The translations under genes were made by a program, and so were the position numbers. A DNA stretch of 64,000 nucleotides from Phoronis australis (Eukaryota; Animalia; Phoronida): NCBI GenBank assembly GCA_002633005.1, contig NMRA01000749.1, positions 62,001 to 126,000 on the forward strand, given 5' to 3'. This document shows, in pieces, positions 54,885 through 64,000 of this stretch; position 1 is the first letter of the stretch; each line of letters opens with the position of its first letter. The notes beneath the pieces are model-generated. The model saw only the letters and a program-made list of their open reading frames with translations. It ran no database searches and was not told the origin of the DNA.

Positions 54885-55679
54885 ATAGTAACAGGAAATC
54901 ATTTGTGTGTACTTTAATTTCAAAGGTAATGTCATGGCATGAGTGAGCAAGAGCAAGATGGCGCTCTGGCTCAGCGAGTAAGCACCCACACCTCCACTTC
55001 CAGGCTCGTGAGAACTGTATGGTCGGTGATTCAAATGTTCATACAGCAATTATTAAGAGCACACGTGATTTATCAACAAGTTTGCACACATGATGCCATG
55101 ATGGCTCCGCGTACAGCTGGATACTGGATAGTTATGTGCTCTTCGAGACAACCAAAAAACTTTGATCCCCCGCTGTTCACCTGTTCGCTTAATACGAGTG
55201 AGGTCAATTCCCTACACATATTTTCTTTTCCCACTCCTATCTTCGAGCGTGTCTTCCCTTATGTCTGTATAGACGATTTCAACTGTTTTGCAATTTAAAA
55301 ACTTCAAAAACGATGTTAGTTCTCTTTAGACATTACTTGTCAATCAGTAACCTTGAATTCCACAACTCTGTAGGAAAGAGCCGTAACGGCATAACTTAAA
55401 GCAACAAAAGCAACTGACATAACAAATATCTAAAGGTAGTTCAATCATTTTTAACTTAGTTGGAAAAGTTTTAAAACTTTTTTACCTTTTTCCTATCAGG
55501 AAAAACACGGAAATGTAGTACTGAAAATATACGTTCGACAATATATTACACAAAAACAAAGCAATAAAAAAACGAAGAAAAATATCTATGTCCCTATGAT
55601 GGTACAGTAGACTCTAAAAGTGGGTACTTGATCAGTACTATCGACTATAAACATTCAGAGATAGTACAAACATTGTTCG

Positions 55680-55760
55680 AATGCATACTGAACTAAGTTA
55701 GCCCCTTGTTTACTTCCGCTTCATGTTTTTCTTCGACCTTATAAAGGTGTTTCTCTCATG
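55680..55760 (+). promoter_or_regulatory. Putative promoter/non-coding first exon of the FYVE gene
   Basis: ETS-like acttccgc (55712-55719) overlapping a FOX-like ttgtttac, about 450 bp upstream of the acceptor at 56167. Confidence 0.35.
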
Positions 55761-56171
55761 GATAAAGGAAACAAGACATTGGAAATGTAACGTGAATACG
55801 GAGAACTGGTCGCGTAAGAGCTTTTTCCCCAGTTTCAGTTATTCCAAAATTGTCAGGTTTTGGACCGCGGATGTCATGCATCAGCCGCAAAAAAATTATC
55901 TGTGTTACACTACAGTATTATTTCCTTCTTGACTTCAGTCACGTCTGCATTAGGCCTACTTCAAATTGTTTGTGTCCGAAGTTGATAAGATTTTTCCACA
56001 CTTGCAACACTCTTATTCCAAGCTACACGTCTGCTCCACATACATGAAACTCTTGCTTCATGGTTTTCTTGAAAGGTTTAATAGTTGTGCATCTGTTCTG
56101 TATGAAATACTAAATAACTATAACTATACCACACCAGAGAAGTTCATGCAGACATTTTGGCTTTCAGAACG

Positions 56172-56286
56172 ATGTTCAGTCAAAGTGCATGGAATGGCCA
56201 GTGGGAGGAGCCACTAGCTGATGATGGAATCATTGATGTCGTTGTGCGAGATCATGAGAAGGGGAACCAACAGCTGGAATATGCTG
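56172..56286 (+). CDS. FYVE-domain (Pep7/Vac1/rabenosyn-like) gene, first coding exon: MFSQSAWNGQWEEPLADDGIIDVVVRDHEKGNQQLEYA-G
   Basis: Acceptor ttttggctttcag| at 56167, ATG at 56172, donor GCTG|gtgaga (phase 1). Joins in frame to the exon at 57970. Confidence 0.7.
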
Positions 56287-57540
56287 GTGAGAAAACTGTG
56301 ATTCATTGCTGCATTCCGTAGATGAAAATGCAAGATCACGCAAGTCTTTGTAAGATATAGCACTGTAATAGAATCAAAGCATGTGATCACGCTATCTTTT
56401 TCGTGAGTTTCTTGTGTCTACAGAATGGGGACCCGGTGTCAAAGGTCATGTGTCAAAGGTTTATAGAAACAAAAAACTTGTTTACAAGATTAATTTGAAT
56501 AGAATTACATTTTGGAATATTTTCCAGTGGGTTTTCATCTTCTGCTGTGTGAAAAATTTTGTTTTGGCTAAATTTTGTTCACCATGTCTGGGACTCTATG
56601 TTGCTAGAAATCATCACTAGTTTTATTTTTATTGAAAGTGCTATCATTCATTTCAAACACCCGAGTCCCATTTTGGATTTGTATTTGTCAAACAATTCAT
56701 AAACATGTTTTTTAAAGTTGGCTTTCTTGATCTTACAAAATATGCATCGCCGCCTTCACGAAAACATGTTACGACTGTCTTACCTACGACTTATGATCTT
56801 AAATAAAATGACTCCAGGTGTCATCATTTGTGGTAGAGTGACTTCTGGAGACACCGATGGCTGGATTGTGCCAAATACAGGCCTCTTTCTCTTTTATTAA
56901 AAAATTGCCCTGCATTGATAAGAATTCCCCTTGCGGTTAAAATCTCTTTGAGGTCATGCAGCACGTTGGCACCAGGTTTTAATAACTGAAAAGTCCATTC
57001 TTCACAATCACGCTTTGCTGTACAGAGAAGGATCTGGATTAGTTTATTATAATTGTAAGGGTGATAACAGGGTATTTAGGAAAGAAAATAATTCATGAGG
57101 TACATCTGTCCTTTACTTGACACCCCTACTACTTACTTAAGCCAGCCCAGTTCAAGGATAAAGTATGACTACTACATAGTGGAAAGGGCGAGGTGATCTG
57201 GTTGTGCATTAGGCAATGCTCTGAAACAGCATAAAGATATTAATACTGATTTTGGCTACCTATAGATGGGTGAAGACAAGGGCATTGGAATGGGTGGCGA
57301 CCTTGAGCAGGGGTATTTTGTGTTTGGGACTCAGAGGAGAGATTGTTCCATCATTCGAAAAAAATCTCTATGAGAAGGCACAGGCACCTTCGCCTGAAGT
57401 AAGCAAGGATCCTGCCCACTTTGCAGTGGATGAACATTCGCCTTTTTAATTCTCATACTTGAGTTTTTGCCAGTTTTTAAAGAAATTCTTTTTTAGAAAT
57501 TTGCTACTAATGCTTTTTTTGTGAGTAGTAGAGATCCTTG

Positions 57541-57942
57541 TGCCTGGTTGCATGAAACAGTCCCAAATAGGGTCTCAAATAAGTTCCCTTTATCTACTAC
57601 GTAGTTGTGGACTTGTGAGAACTCTTATTGTCCTTTCTTGTGTTGTTATAGCTCCATTACTAAGTCAAGTTTTGGCTTTGATACAAATCGAGAGTGAACT
57701 CTACGTTAAGTTCTCAATATTATTGAAAGTAAGTAGCTGGGGATGTTTTCATACATCCCCCCTAATTTAAGGACTATGTCCCTATTTATTTTCATTGAAC
57801 TAAGGGGCACAGTTATTCATTGATAATGATGATAATATGGCGGAGAGAGATTCCATTTGTGAGTTAAGAACGACACAAATATACAAAAGATTTCGGGAAC
57901 TTAGTTGAGTCCCTGTTTGGGACTGTTTCATGCAACTAGACT
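57541..57942. mobile_element. MITE with ~45-bp TIRs
   Basis: ctggttgcatgaaacagtcccaaatagggtctcaaataagttccc matches the reverse complement of gggaacttagttgagtccctgtttgggactgtttcatgcaactag. Confidence 0.8.
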
Positions 57943-57969
57943 CCCGTTTCTAAAATTGTTACTTTTCAG

Positions 57970-58075
57970 GAATTACTCGAAATCATTGGAAACCAAGTAA
58001 TGCTCGCATGTCGTGTGCAAATTCCGATTGTAACCTCAAGTTTGGACTTACAGATCGGAAACATCATTGTCGGCG
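57970..58075 (+). CDS. FYVE gene exon: (G)ITRNHWKPSNARMSCANSDCNLKFGLTDRKHHCR-R
   Basis: acttttcag| acceptor; FYVE W motif, Cx4C and canonical RKHHCR; donor CG|gttagt (phase 2). Confidence 0.92.
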
Positions 58076-58084
58076 GTTAGTATG

Positions 58085-58846
58085 CAGGGATATACTTAGC
58101 CACTCGCGCAGTCGCCAATGCTAGTAAAAATAGTGCTGGGCGAGTAGAAATTGTCTTTCCGGTTGCCCAGGCGGCGAGCGAATTTGCAAAAGCACTCTAT
58201 CATTTCCCAGATGAACATGAATAAATTTTCTCCTCCTTGCTTGTTCAAAGCGCTTGCTCAACAATTGGACGATATTACTGTTATGCATAGGGGTGCTCGG
58301 TCGGCTGCCAAAATAATGAAGCAAACACACATCATGTAAAAAGTCACCAGGCAAATCAAAACATCAAGAATAAGTTTTTGACCACGTGGATGTGCACAGA
58401 ATGTTTGACTTGTGCTTAGTGACAAGTTGATTTCTTGTGCTGTTGCTTTTGGTTGGGCGCTTCCATTTTGGTGTCAGGAGTGAGGAAGAGTGCAGGTTTT
58501 TAATAAAACTACTCTTGTGTCAGATTTTATCTGGTCAGTCTTTTACCCACATCGGCGCCGTAGCTGTAACCTATATTACTACATTGCAAGTAGCTTTGCG
58601 CCAACGCAACGTCTTGCATTGCTGGGAATTCATCGACGTCAAAAGTTTCTTAGTAGGAATTCATTTTCTGAAAACGATACTAGCCCTTATAGATGGTGAC
58701 GTCAACGCACGAAACTATGATTTTTATTGACATTGACGGCAAGTGACTCAAACGGCTGGGTGACTGAACTTTGGGCTGGGCGAGCAAATTTTCTGGCTCA
58801 CTCGCCCAGCTGGCAAGCGGAGTTTTGAAACCTAGGTATATCTCTG
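58085..58846. mobile_element. Non-autonomous DNA transposon with 6-bp TSD (hAT-like CAG termini)
   Basis: TIRs CAGGGATATACTTAG and CTAGGTATATCTCTG (13/15 match); TSD AGTATG at 58079-58084 and 58847-58852; subterminal CTCGCC/GGCGAG repeats. Confidence 0.85.
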
Positions 58847-59349
58847 AGTATGTCCATATTATTTTCATTTCTTAGAAGAAAGGGGTGATTTTGTGCTAGT
58901 TTGGCTAGTGATTTTTGAAATCACAGACTACAGAACTATACTAAACCATCATATGCGTAATCATTTATCAGAACTTCTGGAGACTCACTGAAATATTTCT
59001 CCCAAGGTTGGGTAGTGGCCTGGCTTCTTCAGTCCACAGTTGAAGGAAACAAGCAATGTCGGGAGAAATATTTCAGCGAGTTTCCAAGATTTTGATTTAT
59101 ACTGTATGCATTAGAAGAGTAGTAATATCCATACTTTATTACTCATATTTCATGTCTTGTTTGTTGTTTGTTTTTTGTTAGGCATGATTAATCCCTTTGG
59201 ATTTTGGCATATAAAACCAAAGGACATAAAAGCAATTCCTGACTTATGCTAAAACCCATTTCAAAAACGACTGTTCTATTAAAAAAAATTTTGTAAAAAA
59301 CGTCAAGCACCCTGTTGTTAATACTGTGATTAATGCAACAGTCTTCCAG

Positions 59350-59560
59350 AGCAGGCCTAGTGGGATAAGTGTCTTCCATTACTCAAGGTCGTGGGTTCGA
59401 GTTCCAGTTGGGCACACTGCTAGACCCTTGAGTCAGGTCTCTAGCTCCTCAGCTCAGTTTTAACTATAGAAAAATCGTTCCACGTTACCAGCGCATTGAG
59501 CAGTTTTTGCAAGTCTGGTACATCGTGTAGCAGTCCGCCTGCAATTATTTTATGTTGTAA
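59350..59560 (+). mobile_element. tRNA-derived SINE remnant
   Basis: A-box-like ggcctagtgg, B-box ggttcgagttcc, then a cccttgagtcagg core-like segment. Confidence 0.55.
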
Positions 59561-59593
59561 CAGTCATTGATTTAATTATGCTTTCCTGTACAG

Positions 59594-59684
59594 ATGCGGA
59601 GACATTTTCTGTGACAACTGTACTCGGTATGAGCGGAGACTCAACAACTTGGCACGTATTGATCCTAATGGTAAACTACATAAG
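59594..59684 (+). CDS. FYVE gene exon: (R)CGDIFCDNCTRYERRLNNLARIDPNGKLHK
   Basis: ctttcctgtacag| acceptor in phase 2; completes RKHHCRRCG.IFC..C; donor AAG|gtgaga (phase 0). Confidence 0.92.
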
Positions 59685-60376
59685 GTGAGAACCTGACTAT
59701 TTATAATGTACTGTTGAGAGCCGCGGACTATTAATTATGGCAGCAAGGTGATTTTCTAAAATCTGCATTTTTTAAAGCTGAAAGCAAACAGTTTTGATGT
59801 TAACTTTCCAAAAAATTACAGATCTCTGGTTATCTTGAAAAAGACATTTTTTCATGTTAACATCTATTTCCCAGTTGTGTATTTGCTCTTCGTGCAACAG
59901 TGGAAATTGACGTAAATGGTCCAGAAAAAGGTCCGCATCTTGGTTTAGCATTCACTTCCATTGAGTAAACACGAATGACTAATGTTGTGGGTTCAACAGT
60001 GAGGAGGATATTGTGTTTTCTTAATGGCAGTAAATGCAAAGTCAAGGTGAGACCTTTGTGTTGAGCCATCTGGGTCACTCTCTGTTACTCCATGAGTAAC
60101 AAAAACATGCCATGGGAAAAGAAATGAACATGTAAAATCTCTCTGAGATAACCAGTGAACTATATTTCATTGAAGGTAATGTAAAAAATGGCTGCTTTCC
60201 CGTTTAAAGGATTGTAATGTAACAACAGAACTGTCGATGTAGACTGAAGTTGAAGCAAAACTCCAGTAACCTGGTTAGCACACGATGGCTTAAGCCAAGA
60301 GCCAAATTCCTTGCAGTAACCTGAGCAATATTTATTAATGGTTCTCGTTATTCAACACGGCTTTTGCTCATTGTAG

Positions 60377-60504
60377 GTTTGCAAGGCTTGCTTTGATAAA
60401 GGTCCTCAGACACTGGGTACTGTCTGTAACTTGACAATTGAGTTCAAGCAACACAGGAGAAGAAATCAACAAAAGAGCGCCTCGCTTGTAAATTACGGGT
60501 ACAG
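60377..60504 (+). CDS. FYVE gene exon: VCKACFDKGPQTLGTVCNLTIEFKQHRRRNQQKSASLVNYGY-
   Basis: ttttgctcattgtag| acceptor in phase 0; supplies the final (K)VCxxC of FYVE; donor AG|gtaatc (phase 2). The gene continues beyond the window or through the hAT insertion. Confidence 0.88.
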
Positions 60505-61059
60505 GTAATCAAACTTAAGATGATTGATTACGCTCAGCTTTGTGTACTCTGTATATGACAGTGTTTTGAAAACTACAGTAAATATCCTCATAATTGCCAA
60601 AATGGTCGTTTTTTTCATGTTTCTAAGGCTAATTGCCTTTTTGAAATATTGGGAACTTTGATTAGGAAAATGTTGTTTTATGATATCGACGCAGTACAAA
60701 CCATGCTTGCAATATACAAAAGTGTACTTAATCCTGACTTTTGTGGATTATTACCGTACAGTCATCTACTAGTAGGTTGCTCGTTAGTTGGCATTTCAAC
60801 TTTTGCAATGTTCTAAGGCTTTAATTCTAGAATCAGGTGAGCCTGATCTGGGAAAACTCATTCAGGGGAACTAGAAAGTTAGAAAAAAGTAAAACATCAA
60901 CTCACCAATTGACATTTCCACCTTTCTAAAAGTCTTGTTCATTGCATGGATTTCTCATTTTGAGCTGACCCTTAGAAGAGGGTTGTAAGCGTTGATCATA
61001 CCTTGTACACCAGCATCTTGAACAATAACAAACACATCCTATTTCCATTAATAGTCATT

Positions 61060-61380
61060 TACAGAGGTCCCACAATTTGGGAACCATTTTTCTCCATAGA
61101 ATAACAGGCATTAAACTGGATCTCATAATCCGAAGCCCCTGGCAGTGCCTACTACCGTATTTCATATATAGTATTCTCACTGTAAAAACAAATTCGAAAG
61201 TGTGAACTTGTTTGACAGATGAAAAAAGAAGTTGCCCAATATCAATAAGAATGTCCATGCCCACAGCCAGTCATATAGCTTGAATAGAGTTTAGGGTAAT
61301 GGTCGGTTATAAAGTGCCCAAATTTTGAGGACCAGTTTTCTCCACTGAACAACGCACATCAAACTGGTTCTCAAAATACG
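61060..61380. repeat. Two more copies of the ~85-bp palindromic element
   Basis: 61060-61141 and 61313-61380 share accagttttctcca...aaactggttctca with the 46178 copy. Confidence 0.7.
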
Positions 61381-61403
61381 ACAAATATCTGACTATTGCC
61401 GGG

Positions 61404-64000
61404 CAGGCCTTCATCTAGCGTACGTCCTGGGCGTCCAAATGGACGCCCTAGCTCAAATTTGGACGCCCTGGGAAGGATGCCCAGAACAGCCTCAGGATGC
61501 CCAGTGCGGATGGAACACCGCCGGTTTGGACGCCCACGTACGGCAAGAGTAGATTTCGAACTACCAGTGTTGGCGCAATTAGTCGACCCCACAGCGAATC
61601 ACGCCGACGGAGGCGACCACGCTGACACACTCCCTCTTTGTTGTCAGTAATGACTGAACAAACCTGTATCTCAGCTTCAATAACCAGACTTGCTGTGCCA
61701 GTGTAACCAGTAACCTCATTCTTAATAGCCGAAATTGCTTAAATTGTGATTGTAATTCGACACTACGACAAACCATTGACCGCATTCACCGCGTGACATA
61801 AGAATGCCGGAAGCAAACTGGCCAATGAATGACAGAATAACTTATTGTTGTCGGCCTTCATTTGTTTACAACTACACGAAAAGTAGATATTTTTCGAAAA
61901 CGAATATTAAATATTTCTTGAAAAGGCAGCCTTTTTCCGAATACGCACGACGTCCGCAAGTGGTATGTACTGCGAAAATACGCGAAATGTGAATGAATGG
62001 ACACAAAACATTGTGTGGACTGACGTTATGACGAGGATAACTCACACGCCAAAAACTTGAAAAAATCGTCATTTAGGCCTACAACAAAGTATGGACACGA
62101 TTCACNNNNNNNNNNNNNNNNNNNNNNNNNNNNNNNNNNNNNNNNNNNNNNNNNNNNNNNNNNNNNNNNNNNNNNNNNNNNNNNNNNNNNNNNNNNNNNN
62201 NNNNNNNNNNNNNNNNNNNNNNNNNNNNNNNNNNNNNNNNNNNNNNNNNNNNNNNNNNNNNNNNNNNNNNNNNNNNNNNNNNNNNNNNNNNNNNNNNNNN
62301 NNNNNNNNNNNNNNNNNNNNNNNNNNNNNNNNNNNNNNNNNNNNNNNNNNNNNNNNNNNNNNNNNNNNNNNNNNNNNNNNNNNNNNNNNNNNNNNNNNNN
62401 NNNNNNNNNNNNNNNNNNNNNNNNNNNNNNNNNNNNNNNNNNNNNNNNNNNNNNNNNNNNNNNNNNNNNNNNNNNNNNNNNNNNNNNNNNNNNNNNNNNN
62501 NNNNNNNNNNNNNNNNNNNNNNNNNNNNNNNNNNNNNNNNNNNNNNNNNNNNNNNNNNNNNNNNNNNNNNNNNNNNNNNNNNNNNNNNNNNNNNNNNNNN
62601 NNNNNNNNNNNNNNNNNNNNNNNNNNNNNNNNNNNNNNNNNNNNNNNNNNNNNNNNNNNNNNNNNNNNNNNNNNNNNNNNNNNNNNNNNNNNNNNNNNNN
62701 NNNNNNNNNNNNNNNNNNNNNNNNNNAAGTGTCTCCGAACCGAAGTCTTTAGTCAATATACGTGCTGTGCATCTGGCGACGTGTAACAATCATGTCGCCA
62801 CCTTACTGGGACTTCAAAGGTTTGATGTTCCTTGATGTTACATCAGCCCAGCTGCACTCAGCAGTCAGCGGTCACTTTCTCTTGCACGCGCAACCTGGTT
62901 AGTTGTATCTCACGAGTCGCGCGACATGGCAAAACGAAATATATTGGATTTTTTTAAACCACGAAAGGAATCTGCGCCAACGTTAAATGAGCCACCTCAT
63001 CATGAAGCCGAAACCGCTCAAAATGTTAATCTGGTTACGACAGTCACAGTGGTACCGAATTCAGAATCCGTTGTAGCAACTACAAGCTCAAGTTTTGAGA
63101 CAGCAGTAGAGCCAAAGAAAAGAAAGTTCGTGCAGGGGTGGCTAAAGTCTTTTCCTTGGCTGCGGTACGACAGCACCAGCGACAGTATGCACTGCGTATA
63201 TTGTCGCCAGCACAGCCCACGCAACCCGCTGGCGACGGGTACTTCAAACTTCAGGTAAGTGCAATTTCAAATTGCGCCCATTTGAGTTAACCGCGCACTA
63301 TTTTGAATGTCTAAGAAATGTGCCCGTGAAATAAAAATTCCCGACCGCGTCATTCATGGCGCTTTAATCTGAATTTCTAAGTTTAGTGAATTTTGCTAGT
63401 ATGCTCGATAAATAGGCCTAACTCAATTTGTCCATCTGACGTTTTCTCCGTGTCATTTCCGTTTTTTGAGAAATGCCGTCCCAGGTAAGCAATCGGTAAT
63501 TCAAAATCATTGGAGTGAGTGCCACGGAAGTGCAGCTCCGTCGCAATTTTTTTACGATACCTCCTCGCTATTAAAATTGCGTTGTTATGAGTAATCTAGC
63601 TGCAGTTAACAGTAGCCAACTCATGCCCGATCGCGGTTTTCTGAAACTGGATTTCATCACGAGGTTCGATTCAAATCACGCCGTCGAGGCAACGGAGAGC
63701 GATAACCACGGTGCCGCGCGGACACAAAATTTTTCATTTTGCACTGACTCAGCTGCTATATCAAGCCGTTACAGTTTCGTTTTCATGGCGTTTGCTTGTA
63801 AAACGCTTTATTAAAGACATGCAATAAATGTCTGCAAGTCCGATTCTTCATGGCAAAATCACCCGATTTGGTTTGCGTGTTCGTTGTGCAATAATTTTAT
63901 AAGGTTAACTTGTCCAATGTTCTGTAACTCAAGGAGTTGTGTGTTGGAACATGCCCTTCATAATTTACACTCTAATTTAACTGGTACTTGATAGCTGATA
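61404..64000 (+). mobile_element. Probable autonomous hAT transposon (left part), within the FYVE-gene intron
   Basis: Starts CAGGCCTTCATCTAGCGTACGTCCTGGGCGTCCAAATGGACGCCC, which matches one end of the MITEs at 25379 and 34553. Has subterminal GGACGCCC/GGGCGTCC repeats and is followed, across an N-gap, by a TTF-zinc-finger ORF. Confidence 0.75.
62926..63254 (+). CDS. ZNF862/hAT-transposase-like protein, first exon with TTF-type zinc finger
   Basis: MAKRNILDFFKP...KKRKFVQGWLKSFPWLRYDSTSDSMHCVYCRQ...TGTSNFR is a typical 'I..FF' N-terminus plus the F...W...FPWL.Y......C..C TTF motif. Ends at donor TTCAG|gtaagt. Confidence 0.8.

Noticed and set aside
57837-57864. ATG GCG GAG AGA GAT TCC ATT T|gtgagt as first exon of the FYVE gene
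   Set aside because: Lies inside a MITE, and splicing to 57970 creates an immediate TGA. The 56172-56286 exon fits instead.
59350-59420. Possible tRNA gene
   Set aside because: A/B boxes are present but no consistent cloverleaf; better explained as a SINE head.
62057-62789. 231-236-aa ORFs
   Set aside because: Consist almost entirely of N-gap.

Overview
AT-rich, repeat-laden eukaryotic genomic DNA with spliceosomal introns, probably from a marine invertebrate (organism not determinable here). It contains two N-gaps and several single-N joins. Two genes sit head-to-head. (1) Minus strand: a KLHL1/4/5-family kelch-like gene. Its BTB exon is at 5109-5449, and a ~50 kb upstream region holds several candidate short phase-2 first exons. 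(2) Plus strand: a FYVE-domain gene reconstructed from four in-phase exons (56172-56286, 57970-58075, 59594-59684, 60377-60504), missed by the ORF track. Its FYVE and downstream motif resemble the first FYVE of fungal Pep7/Vac1 plus the rabenosyn-5 'G-x-V-x-x-x-x-x-x-F-K-x-H-R' segment. The rest is mostly DNA transposons: a probable autonomous hAT (ZNF862-like TTF zinc-finger exon at 62926-63254) whose terminus matches two MITEs with 8-bp TSDs, a Kolobok-like element with a decayed THAP ORF, a decayed HIRAN-like ORF in a TA-CCGT element, a 6-bp-TSD element next to a splice donor, several other MITE families, tRNA-derived SINEs and minisatellites. Three tandem near-duplications split by a single N are most likely haplotype/assembly artefacts. 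All homology calls are from recalled motifs; no searches were run.
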